Of a stretch of 64,000 nt of DNA, positions 52,541 to 61,941 are shown one piece after another (the first letter of the stretch is position 1; each line of letters begins with the position of its first letter). Made by a program: the position numbers and the translations under genes. The notes under the pieces are model-generated. The model saw nothing but the letters and a program-made list of their open reading frames with translations. It was not told the DNA's origin and made no database searches. This DNA is from an uncultured Acidobacteriota bacterium (GTDB taxonomy: Bacteria > Acidobacteriota > UBA6911): assembly GCA_963827655.1 (NCBI GenBank), contig CAWHCF010000008.1, forward strand, positions 64,001 through 128,000, written 5' to 3'.

Positions 52541-53676
52541 TAAGAATCGATTCGGTCCAGATGCGCGAATGCCAGCTTCCGCTGGTCCGGTTCTTCGAAA
52601 CCAGTTTTGGCCGGACCTATCGGAGAAGAATCATTCTCGTGCAAGTGCATTCGGAGGGGGAAGTCGGCTATGGCGAGTGCACGGCGAGTGAAGAGCCCCT
52701 CTACAACAGCGAGACGACCGATACGGCGTGGCACATCCTGGAAGACTTCGTGATTCCGCGCATCCTGGGGACGACTCTCGAAAGCGCGCGCGAAACGGCT
52801 CCGCTGCTGGCGCCCATCCGCGGCAACCGGATGGCAAAGGCGGCCCTGGAAACGGCCCTGTGGGATTTGGAAGCGCGCCGGTTGGGAATTCCGTTGAGCC
52901 GCCACGTGGGAGGCGCGCGCGACGAAATTGCCTGCGGCGTATCGATAGGAATACAGGACAGCGTCGAGGAGCTTTTGACGCTGGTTCGCCGCGAAGTGTC
53001 TGCCGGCTACCGGAGAATCAAAATCAAAATCAAACCGGGGTGGGACCTCGAGCCGCTTGGCGCCCTTCGCAGAGAATTCCCGGATATTTCCCTGATGGTC
53101 GACGCTAACTCGGCGTTCCGGTTGAGCGACCTGGAGCTTCTTCAAAAACTGGACGACTTTCGATTGATGATGATCGAGCAGCCTCTGGCCCACGACGATA
53201 TGGTTGACCACGCGGTGCTGCAGAAGCAGATCGAGACTCCGATATGTCTGGATGAGTCGATCCACCACGCGGAAGATGCGCGCAAGGCCGTGGAAATGGG
53301 GAGCTGTCGCATCATCAACGTCAAGCTAGGACGGGTAGGCGGTTTCAGCGAAGCGATAAAAATCAATGAGTACTGTTCGCGCAATGGCATACCGATCTGG
53401 TGCGGCGGTATGCTGGAAAGCGGTATTGGAAGGGCTCACAACATAGCCATGTCGACGCTCTCCGGTTTCACTCTGCCGGGCGATGTCTCAGCCAGCCACC
53501 GCTACTATTCGGAGGACACTGTGGTTCCCCCGGTGACCGTTACTCCGCGCGGTACCATCGAGGTGCCGAAGACACCTGGAATCGGCTATAACCTCAACTG
53601 GGAGCGCATCGCAAGAGCAACGGTTCGAACCCACGTCGCCAACCGGTATGGGGCCGAGAAAATCGCCGATGCTTGA
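52537..53676 (+). CDS. menC: o-succinylbenzoate synthase / N-succinylamino acid racemase (enolase superfamily)
   Basis: FETSFG, KIKIKPG, VDANSA, IEQPL, LDESI, GGMLESGIG, LPGDVSAS. Confidence 0.85.
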   Translation: MIRIDSVQMRECQLPLVRFFETSFGRTYRRRIILVQVHSEGEVGYGECTASEEPLYNSETTDTAWHILEDFVIPRILGTTLESARETAPLLAPIRGNRMAKAALETALWDLEARRLGIPLSRHVGGARDEIACGVSIGIQDSVEELLTLVRREVSAGYRRIKIKIKPGWDLEPLGALRREFPDISLMVDANSAFRLSDLELLQKLDDFRLMMIEQPLAHDDMVDHAVLQKQIETPICLDESIHHAEDARKAVEMGSCRIINVKLGRVGGFSEAIKINEYCSRNGIPIWCGGMLESGIGRAHNIAMSTLSGFTLPGDVSASHRYYSEDTVVPPVTVTPRGTIEVPKTPGIGYNLNWERIARATVRTHVANRYGAEKIADA

Positions 53677-54373
53677 GCGCGTCATAGGTATTCTTGGAGG
53701 GATGGGACCTCAGGCAACAGTCGATTTTTACCGCGAGATCTTGACCTTCACGCCGGGAGTGAAAGATCAGGACCACATGCAGGTTCTCATCTATTCAAAT
53801 CCGAAAATTCCCGACCGAACGGCGGCTATTCTGGATGGGGGCGCGGACCCGCTCCCCGACCTGGTCAAATCAGGCCGCTTACTGGAGCGCGCCGGCGCGG
53901 GCATCCTGGCAATTCCCTGTAACACAGCCCATTACTTTCTTCCGCGCCTTCAACCGGAGATCGGTATCCCGATTCTGGATATGATCCTGGAGACGGTTCT
54001 CGACTTGAAGTCCCAGGCGCCCCAGGTTGGCACCGTAGGGCTGCTGGCTGCGACCGGAACCGTCCGAAGCGGAATCTATCACCGCAGGTTTGACGAGCGC
54101 GGGATCAAAGTAATTGTTCCAGACGATGTGGACCAGCCTGAAGTGCAAGAGGGAATTCGACGGATCAAAGCTGCGGCTCACAACCGGGAAACAGGCGAGA
54201 CATTCCATGCCATCGCCGATAGGCTCATGGCCGCAGGCGCCGAGGCGATCATACTGGGCTGCACCGAAATTCCCTTAGCCTTTAACGTGAAAAGTGTTCC
54301 CTACCTTTGCTTGAACGCCACGCGGTCTCTCGCTCAAGCGGCAGTCGATTGGGCGCGGGGGAAGAGAGATTGA
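53669..54373 (+). CDS. Aspartate/glutamate racemase family protein
   Basis: IGILGGMGP.AT, PCNTAH, LGCTEIP. Confidence 0.92.
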   Translation: MLERVIGILGGMGPQATVDFYREILTFTPGVKDQDHMQVLIYSNPKIPDRTAAILDGGADPLPDLVKSGRLLERAGAGILAIPCNTAHYFLPRLQPEIGIPILDMILETVLDLKSQAPQVGTVGLLAATGTVRSGIYHRRFDERGIKVIVPDDVDQPEVQEGIRRIKAAAHNRETGETFHAIADRLMAAGAEAIILGCTEIPLAFNVKSVPYLCLNATRSLAQAAVDWARGKRD

Positions 54374-54984
54374 GCGCTTCTCAGGTCCGTTGCATTCTCC
54401 TCGATATGGGCAAGGTCCTGTTTGACTTCGATTTCAAGGCTTTCGGCCAGCGTATGCGCGAGCTTACGGGTGTCGAGTTCGAGCCGTTGCGCGCCGCTTT
54501 CACCGGCGAGCAGCTGGCCGTCCGATACGAATCCGGGCTCTTGACCGATGCGGAGTTTTACATCGAGGTCTGCCGCAGGATCGGTTGCCGCGTCTCCTGG
54601 GAGAATTTTGTCGCCGCGTGGAATTCCATATTTCACCAGGACCCCATACTGCCGGAGCACTTGATCCGGACCCTTGCCGTCAAGGCCGATCTATGGGTGG
54701 TTTCGAACACAAACAAGCTTCACTTCGACCATCTTGCGGGTCGCTATCCATTCCTGGGCTGTTTTAAAGGTTACGTCCTCTCCCACGAGGTGGGGGTGTT
54801 GAAACCTGATGCCCGGATTTTTCAGGCGGCCCTGAAACGCGCGGGGGTCGAGGCCGACCGGGCGCTGTTCGTAGACGATCAGGCCACTAATGTTGCGGCC
54901 GCCCGCGAACTGGGCATCGACTCATTCCAATTCCTGGGTCCGGAACAGTTCGTGACTGAGCTGCAGCGAAGAAGCCTCCTCTAA
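54370..54984 (+). CDS. HAD family phosphatase (YihX-like)
   Basis: DMGKVL, SNTN, KPDARIF, FVDD. Confidence 0.88.
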   Translation: MSASQVRCILLDMGKVLFDFDFKAFGQRMRELTGVEFEPLRAAFTGEQLAVRYESGLLTDAEFYIEVCRRIGCRVSWENFVAAWNSIFHQDPILPEHLIRTLAVKADLWVVSNTNKLHFDHLAGRYPFLGCFKGYVLSHEVGVLKPDARIFQAALKRAGVEADRALFVDDQATNVAAARELGIDSFQFLGPEQFVTELQRRSLL

Positions 54985-55072
54985 CCGGGCGCCCCCTTAT
55001 CGGCGGAGGGTTCACAGATCGATAAAAGGAGGCAGGAAAACAACGGAGAGATTGACTCGGAGTTGTAACAAA

Positions 55073-57751
55073 ATGATTGGAGCCCAGTCGAATCGTCGTG
55101 AGTTCTTGATCCATTCCGCGGATGCGCCTCTTGCGTGGGGGGCTCCGTGGGCAGGTTTCTTTGAGCAAGCCCAGGAAAAACAAGAAGCATCCTCTGCCTA
55201 TTGCGGAACCGCATTTCCCGGACCGGCTGCACCTGTTTGTCTGGCGAAACTGGGAACTGGCGAATGCGGACCGGAATTGGCTCAGGTGCTGGCCACTACG
55301 GAAGAGAAGGATACTTGAGAATGGTTCCTCGATGGGATTCCTGCCAAACCGCGTTTGTCGGCAGACCAGCTGCGGAGAATCTATGTAACGGTCATCCGAC
55401 AGAATTGGCACATTCTTTCAGAAGAACAATTGATCGAGCTGTTGGGATGGAACCGGGCGCACTACGAGTTCACTCTGAGAGAGGACGATTTCCTTTCCCA
55501 CAAGCTGGGCGCTGAAGCCACGATGTGAACAACTCCGTTACGAGGCTCCATCGGCCCAAGCAAGGGCGCGGGCTCGAGGAGATCAAGCGTCTTTTGAGCG
55601 ACACCTTTGGTCCATCATTCGGCGAAGCAGGCGAAGAGCCGTTTCATTTCATCCAGGAACTGAGCGGTACTCATGTCTCAAAGCTGCGCGATCCCAACCG
55701 GGAGGTGGCTGAGGATGAGGTCGATCTGAACGGTTGGACCCTGCTGGAATCCGGCCAGCACGGGGCGCGGGAACCCTTGGAGCAGTTCCAGGCATACCTG
55801 CAGTCGGCATTCGACTGCTCGACCAGTCTTTCAGCCGGAACTCAGGTCCCCGACCTCTCGAGCGCTGTTGTTTTCTATTGAGGCGGTCGGCCGGGGAAGT
55901 TCCTGACAGTTTCGCCGATCACCTGTGAACGCGATCGGATCACGGTAGTTGCGCCCAGCCAGCTTGGATTGCGCCAGGCGATTTACTGCATGCAGGACAT
56001 GATGGCGGAGCGCGGCGGTCCGTTCTTGCCCACGGGAACGACGCGGCGAGTCAGGCGCCTGACGCCTTGCTATCTGTATTCGTATTTTGCGCTGTATGGC
56101 GATCCCTTGATGGAGGAGGATATCGATCCCTTCCGGAGGCTATCTGCAGAAGCTTGGCCGACTGGGTGTCAACGGCGTCTGGCTGCAGGCGGTGCTGCGC
56201 AATCTAGCTCCCTCGAAGATCTTTCCGGAATTCGGACAGGGCTGGGAAAAACGGCTTCAGAACCTCAACCGGCTGGTTGACCGCGCGGGACGGCAAGGGT
56301 CTGAAGGTCTACCTGTACATTAATGAGCCGCGGGCGATGCCGGAGGCGTTTTTCTCCAAGCATCCGGAAATGAAAGGCGCGCCTGATCGCCACGACCCAA
56401 GATTTTTTGCTCTCTGTACCTCGGTCCCGGAGGTGCGGGAATGGCTGGCCAGCAGCCTGGCCCATGTTTTTTCCCAGGCGCCTGAACTGGGGGGAATCTT
56501 CAGCATCACGATGTCAGAAAATCTGACCAATTGTTACTCTCATGGGAATGCCCGCTCTTGTCCACGCTGCTCCAGCGCGCCAAGGCTGGGAGGTCGTGAG
56601 CGAAGTCATCAGAACCTTTCGAGACGGAGTTCGGCGAAGCAGCAAGGATGCGAGGGTGATTGCGTGGGATTGGGGCTGGGGAGAAGACTGGGTCCGAAAC
56701 GGCGCGGATCCGGAAAAGGTAATCCGCAATTTTCCCGGAGGATGTCCAGCTGCTCAGCGTCAGTGAATGGAACCAGCCCGTAAACCGCGGCGGGTTTCAG
56801 CACCAAGGTGGGCGAGTATTCGATTTCGGTCACCGGGCCCGGCCCGCGCGCGACCCGACATTGGACTGCGGCCCGTCAGACGGGCAAAGGCATCCTGGCA
56901 AAGGTCCAATTCAACACCACGTGGGAGATATCCGCCGTTCCCTACATTCCGGTAGCCGAATCTGATCCAGGACCATGTTGAGAATCTGTTAAGAACCGGT
57001 ATTCAGGGATTTCAGTTGTCCTGGACTGTCGGGGGCTATCCCGTCGCCGAACCTGGAAGTCGCGAAGGAGTACTACTATTGGCCGGTTCCGGAACGGGAG
57101 AAGGTGCTGCACAACGTGGCAGCTCGACGATACGGGAAGGAGGCGGCTCCCCTGGTAGTCAATGCCTGGGAGGCTTTCAGCAAAGCCTTTCAGGAATTTC
57201 CGTACGGGGTGGCCATATACACCATTCCGACCCAGCACGGACCCTCCAATCCCTTGCGTTTGAACGAGACTGGATACCGAGCCCGAATGATTCTTCTGCC
57301 CTACGATAATTACAAGAGTTGGGTAGGGCCTTACCCGCCTGAAATCGTACAGAGTCAGTTCCGCAAGATGTCTGAGCTCTGGGACGAGGGTCTGAAGGGT
57401 TTTCGCGCGGCTCTGACCCGGGTTCCGCCCCACCGGATGGAGGAAGCCCAAAGAGATCTCAGGATAGCCGAAACCTGCTTCCTGCATTTTCGAAGCGTAG
57501 CCAACCGGCTTTAGTTTTACTTGCTTCGAGAGCAACTGAAGTTGAGACCCGAGGATAAGCAAGCCGGCGCCGAAATGGCGGAGATTGCCCGAGATGAGAT
57601 GGAGCTGGCCAGACGCCTCTACAGCATCGCGAGGCGTGATTCGAGGATCGGCTACGAAGCGACCAATCATTACTACTACCGGCCGCTGGATGTGGCCGAA
57701 AAGGTGCTCAACTGTGAAGACGTGATCCGTCGCTTGACGCAGTTCAAGTGA
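55073..57751 (+). CDS. Large Tat-exported hypothetical protein broken by many frameshifts (read errors or pseudogene)
   Basis: NRREFL twin-arginine motif, then contiguous fragments EPHFPDRLHLFVWRNW, YSYFALYGDPL, VYLYINEPR, SENLTNC, AWDWGW, DSRIGYEATNHYYY. Confidence 0.65.
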
Positions 57752-57769
57752 CTTAAGGGATCGAGTCGC

Positions 57770-58202
57770 CCGGGTAAGAGCGTTTACGAGAAAACGTCCA
57801 GGGGGGCAAGCATCCGGATGTGAATTGGGGTTTTCTGGAATTCGAAGGGGGAGCGGTAGCGTGTATCGAGACGCACTGGCTTATCCCGGAGCGCGCCGGC
57901 GTCGTCACGAATGACGCCATGCAGATTATTGGCACGGCGGGTATAGCCGATATCCATTTCGTGCCCTCAGGTCTCTCTGTGTGGAGAAACGATGGAGCAG
58001 AGGCGGCAAATGTTTCTTATGACGCCTGGTTTGAGGGTCAGCTCAGAGGCGCAATCAAAGAGGAAATCGGTTATTTCGTCGATTGCGTGCGCAAGGGCAA
58101 GCCACCGGCGGTGATCACGCCGCGAAGAGGCTCTCCAGGCATTGAAGGTTGCCTTGGCACTGGTGAGTTCCTCAGAAGAAAGCACCGTGAAATCAAGTCT
58201 GA
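57770..58202 (+). pseudogene. C-terminal fragment of a Gfo/Idh/MocA oxidoreductase
   Basis: FLEFEGGAVACIETHW, QIIGTAG, EEIGYFVDCVR.G..P; NAD-binding N-terminus absent. Confidence 0.6.
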
Positions 58203-58577
58203 ACGAGCGCTCAGACCGGCCCGACTTTGCCGTCTGCGCAGCTGCTGCGTTCCAGGCGAGGGTTTTCTAGGAGCGAAGCTTGCTTCGCCATCCCCGCCTG
58301 GGAGGCCGCCCGCTATCGCCAGAATGATCGACAAGGTGTCCTTCTCGGCGACGGGTGTCTCAAGATCCTTGAGAAAGCGAACATCCTCATCGTTCAGATA
58401 CAGGTTGATAAAACGGGAGGCCTTGGAGTCTGAAGAGAAGAAGCGGGCCGCTGCATCGGGAAACCGGACTTTGAATTTTTCCAGCACTTCGCCGACGGTT
58501 TTTCCGTCGAGCACCACTTCCGACTCCTGTTCGGTGTACTGGCGAAGAGGGGTAGGAATTCGCACCATCACACTCAT
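58071..58577 (-). CDS. MoaD/ThiS/CysO-like sulfur carrier; beta-grasp domain ends in AIAGG at 58305 but the frame stays open
   Basis: VRIPTPLRQYT, FINLYLNDEDVRFL, AIAGG at residue 91; start overlaps the stop of the upstream gene. Confidence 0.85.
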   Translation of the reverse strand: MSVMVRIPTPLRQYTEQESEVVLDGKTVGEVLEKFKVRFPDAAARFFSSDSKASRFINLYLNDEDVRFLKDLETPVAEKDTLSIILAIAGGLPGGDGEASFAPRKPSPGTQQLRRRQSRAGLSARSDLISRCFLLRNSPVPRQPSMPGEPLRGVITAGGLPLRTQSTK

Positions 58578-59848
58578 TATGTAGCTCCCTGGAGCTGAAC
58601 GCGCGATTCCGAGGTCGAAGAACTCGCGCTTTGGTACCAGTTCTGAAAATCCTTGAGAGAAGAGGATATGTGGACGGAACCGTTCAGTCGAGCGGTTATG
58701 CTCTCGATTGCCTTGTAGCCGTTGCCGGTAATGGCGACCACCACGGATTGATCACGAGGGATGCGGCCCTGTTCGACCAGCTTCTTGCAGACTGCAAGCG
58801 TGGTTCCCCCTGCGGGTTCCGCGAAAATTCCTTCGGTTTCGGCGAGCAATTGAATTGCCTGCAGTATTTCATCGTCCGTTGCGGTCTCTCCCCAACCTTG
58901 CGTCTTTCGAACGGCCTCGAGCACGTACGGCCCATCGGCGGGGTTTCCGATCGCGATAGAGTGAGCGATCGTATTCGGCTTGACGGGGCGGATTTCGGCG
59001 CTGCCGGAGCGCAGCGCCTGAATTACCGGCGCGCAGCCCGCAGCCTGTGCTGCGTAGATCTTGCTGTCTCCCGTCACCCAACCCAGGTGCTTTAGCTCCT
59101 CATATGCCTTGAGCACCTTGGGGAGCAACGTACCTCCGGCGGTCGGCAGAATCGTGTGCTGCGGAAGGCGCCAACCCAATTGTTCGGCGATCTCGAAGCC
59201 GAGCGTCTTGGCCCCTTCAGTGTAATAGGGACGCAAGTTCACGTTCACAAATCCCCAGGGATACTGGCTGCCAATTTCGCTGCAGAGCCGGTTTACGTCG
59301 TCGTAATTGCCTCGAATCCGAACAATCTGGGGACGGTAGACGCCCGCTCCGACAATTTTCGCCGGTTCCACGTTGTCCGGCACGAACACGAAACAGCGCA
59401 AACCAAGGCGTGCGGAATGTGCAGCGACCGAATTGGCGAGGTTTCCGGTCGAGGCGCAGGCGATCGTGTCGTATCCGAGCTCGAGCGCCCTGGTAATCCC
59501 GACCGAAACCACGCGTTCCTTGTAAGAAAGCGTAGGATGATTGACCGAATCATCCTTGAGGTAGAGTTCCTCAAGGCCGAGGGCACTGGCCAGCCGCGTG
59601 GCGCGAACCAGCGGTGTGAATCCGGATTGGAATCCAGTCTTGGGTTGCCCCTCGATCGGTAGCAGATCGCGGTAGCGCCAGAGATTCGCTGGACCTCGAG
59701 ATACTGCGTCGCGCGAGACGGATCGAGCGATCGCCTGGTAGTCGTAGGCCACTTCAAGCGGACCGAAACAGGAGGTGCACACGAACTGGTCCTTGGCGCT
59801 ATAGCGCTCGCCGCATTCTTTGCAGATTAACCCAGTCATGAAGCTCAC
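58577..59848 (-). CDS. thrC: Threonine synthase homolog (PLP), SAM-riboswitch controlled
   Basis: CKEC..CTSC, GFTPL, NHPTLSYKER, CASTGNLA, EGAKT, ITGNGYK. Confidence 0.88.
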   Translation of the reverse strand: MSFMTGLICKECGERYSAKDQFVCTSCFGPLEVAYDYQAIARSVSRDAVSRGPANLWRYRDLLPIEGQPKTGFQSGFTPLVRATRLASALGLEELYLKDDSVNHPTLSYKERVVSVGITRALELGYDTIACASTGNLANSVAAHSARLGLRCFVFVPDNVEPAKIVGAGVYRPQIVRIRGNYDDVNRLCSEIGSQYPWGFVNVNLRPYYTEGAKTLGFEIAEQLGWRLPQHTILPTAGGTLLPKVLKAYEELKHLGWVTGDSKIYAAQAAGCAPVIQALRSGSAEIRPVKPNTIAHSIAIGNPADGPYVLEAVRKTQGWGETATDDEILQAIQLLAETEGIFAEPAGGTTLAVCKKLVEQGRIPRDQSVVVAITGNGYKAIESITARLNGSVHISSSLKDFQNWYQSASSSTSESRVQLQGAT

Positions 59849-59871
59849 GAAGCATTTCCCCTTTCTAATGG

Positions 59872-59906
59872 CAAAAAAAAACCCTTTCCGGGGAGAAAGG
59901 GTTGGC
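59872..59906 (-). terminator. Riboswitch expression-platform terminator
   Basis: Minus strand AACCCTTTC-TCCCCG-GAAAGGGTT followed by a long T run, between the aptamer and the start codon. Confidence 0.85.
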
Positions 59907-59927
59907 AAAATTCAGCGTTTTCACCAA

Positions 59928-60030
59928 CTCATCTTCCAGAAATTCTTTCTGCAGGAATTAGCACCATGCTGTCGAAACAGCTGGTTGCCGTGGCTTCACC
60001 GGGCCAGTCCCTCCGCCACTCTGGATAAGT
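59928..60030 (-). ncRNA. SAM-I (S-box) riboswitch
   Basis: Minus strand CTTATCCAGAGTGGCGGAGGGACTGGCCCGGTGAAGCCACGGCAACC...GGTGCTAATTCCTGCAG...CTGGAAGATGAG. Confidence 0.95.
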
Positions 60031-60040
60031 TGCGACAACG

Positions 60041-60069
60041 ATTAAAGGAGATCCAGGTTTAAATGTCAA
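60041..60069 (-). promoter_or_regulatory. Sigma70 promoter driving the SAM riboswitch leader
   Basis: TTGACA-17 nt-TTTAAT, about 10 nt before the aptamer. Confidence 0.8.
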
Positions 60070-60085
60070 CAGGAAACTTCGAGAG

Positions 60086-60156
60086 GCTCAGCGGTCAGCT
60101 TTAGCAATCAAGTGGTCTTCGTCCTGAAGTTGACCGCTGACCGCTGATAGCTCTGA
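60086..60156. repeat. Heptamer tandem/inverted element with a different unit (TCAGCGG / TGACCGC)
   Basis: tcagcgg-tcagctt-tagcaa ... tgaccgc-tgaccgc-tgatagc. Confidence 0.6.
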
Positions 60157-60178
60157 AGAGACGCGAAGACCAGAGTCT

Positions 60179-60646
60179 TTAGCGAGGGGTATTGGAAGGT
60201 TTGGGCGCCACGCTTCCAGCCTGGCGCTCTCGTCGGGTCTTCTCCGCGACTTCGTCCAGTTTCTGTTGCTGCTCCGGGGACAGGACATTCTTTGTCCGGA
60301 TGCGCATGCTGAAGGTGGTGCGCTCCAGCGCCGTGCGCGCCACCTGAACTTGTTCAAACGCCTTCATGGCTGCGGCTTCGTCCACCTGCTCCTTTGATAA
60401 GATATCGGAAAGATCGAGCTGGCGTTTGTCCAGTTCTGCCTTTTCATCGATGAGCCGCCTGCGGTGCTCCACCCAGATCGCTTCAATTTTCCCCTGCTGA
60501 TCCTGGGTGAGTCTCAACTCTTCCGCAAGGCGCCGGTCCTTCCACCAGGCACCCGGTGGAAACCCAGGCACGCGCATCTGGGCATAGCCCGCGATCTCGA
60601 TGCCGATAATCATGACAACAATAAATCGAAGTTCGCGCCTGGTCAT
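60179..60646 (-). CDS. Periplasmic Spy/CpxP-like (heavy-metal sensor type) protein
   Basis: Signal peptide, WWK, LRLTQDQ and VLSPEQ (LTxxQ) motifs. Confidence 0.8.
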   Translation of the reverse strand: MTRRELRFIVVMIIGIEIAGYAQMRVPGFPPGAWWKDRRLAEELRLTQDQQGKIEAIWVEHRRRLIDEKAELDKRQLDLSDILSKEQVDEAAAMKAFEQVQVARTALERTTFSMRIRTKNVLSPEQQQKLDEVAEKTRRERQAGSVAPKPSNTPR

Positions 60647-60655
60647 CGAGTCGCC

Positions 60656-61162
60656 TTATTGGGGCTGAGGAGATTCCTGAAATGACGGATCTAATAGAGA
60701 GTTGGGCCAGGAATCGTAGACCGGAAGATAGTTCGATTCCCAGTGACTCATGCTTGTGTCAAGATCCCGAAGGAATTGATCGTCCCATGAATCCGTCTTG
60801 CTCGCCAGAATTGAACTGGATTGATTTTGAGGCGGCGCATGAACCGTGAGCAGGAAAGCTACCATCATCGAGCAGGCTGCGAGTGCCATCCACTGCCAAC
60901 CCCGCTGCGGCCGCCAGGACAAGCCAGGATGCGCCGGAGTTTCACTCGATGCCTTGAGCCGGGCGTAGAAGGTATCGGCGAAACCTGGAGAGGGGTCGAC
61001 TGACGGATATGCATCCAGCGACTTCCAGGCCATTTTCATCTGGGTATGGAACGCGGAGCACGCCGAACACGCCTTCAGGTGATCGTCGACTGCGCCGAGC
61101 CGGAGATCAACTCCGTCCTCCACGTTCTCGGCGAGAATTCGACGCACGGTTCTACAGCGCAC
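60656..61162 (-). CDS. Zinc-binding anti-sigma factor
   Basis: MRC...HLKACSAC, one TM, downstream of an ECF sigma. Confidence 0.85.
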   Translation of the reverse strand: MRCRTVRRILAENVEDGVDLRLGAVDDHLKACSACSAFHTQMKMAWKSLDAYPSVDPSPGFADTFYARLKASSETPAHPGLSWRPQRGWQWMALAACSMMVAFLLTVHAPPQNQSSSILASKTDSWDDQFLRDLDTSMSHWESNYLPVYDSWPNSLLDPSFQESPQPQ

Positions 61163-61163
61163 G

Positions 61164-61754
61164 TTAAGCCTTACCTTCTTTCAAATACGGGCGGATGCGA
61201 TCACGCAAGCGCAGCTTACCCCGGTGAATGTAAGTCTTCACCGCCGGCTCGGTACAGTTCATCACGTCCGCGATTTCTTTATAACTCAAACCTTCATAGC
61301 GTCGCAGAATTATTGCGATTTTCTCATTCTTGGGCAACCCCCGGATGATCTGCCGAATCACCTTCCCCATCTCTGATTCGACCAGCTTCTGTTCGGCATC
61401 GGGTTCTCTGGCCCGCACTTCTTCCTTCCTGGTGATCTCATTCGGGCCGAACCCGAACGGCGACCTTCGGTTTCGTCCCGCGGCTTTCAATCCTACGTTC
61501 GTGGCAATCCGGTAAAGCCACGCGGAGAATCGTGCGCGGGGCTCGTAGCTATGCCGGGCCCGGTATATTCTCAGGAATACGTCTTGCGCAAGTTCTTCGG
61601 CCTCCGCCCGGTTATTGACAATCTTGTAAATGAAATTGACAATAGCCTTGTGATATTTGTCAAGAATCTGCTCAAACGCGGCTTCTTCTCCCTGTTGAAA
61701 GGCCACCATCAGAGCCGTATCGGGATCGCAAGGAGCCTTGGGAGCGCCGGTCAT
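61164..61754 (-). CDS. ECF RNA polymerase sigma factor
   Basis: AEELAQDVF, FSAWLYRIATN, LSYKEIA, VKTYIHRG. Confidence 0.93.
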   Translation of the reverse strand: MTGAPKAPCDPDTALMVAFQQGEEAAFEQILDKYHKAIVNFIYKIVNNRAEAEELAQDVFLRIYRARHSYEPRARFSAWLYRIATNVGLKAAGRNRRSPFGFGPNEITRKEEVRAREPDAEQKLVESEMGKVIRQIIRGLPKNEKIAIILRRYEGLSYKEIADVMNCTEPAVKTYIHRGKLRLRDRIRPYLKEGKA

Positions 61755-61941
61755 TAGGTATCAATCTTGATCCAGCAAGGAAGTTTCAAAAAATGAACCC
61801 TTTTTTGCCGGGAAGAGTCCTTCTTGGGCGGGATCCGCTGGCATAAGTTCTTCTCGTTGACCGTCTTCGCACCGAGTGCCAACGATCTGTGCGGAAGATG
61901 CCCCTTCCCTGGACACACCTGAGCCTGGAGGAAAGTTCTCC

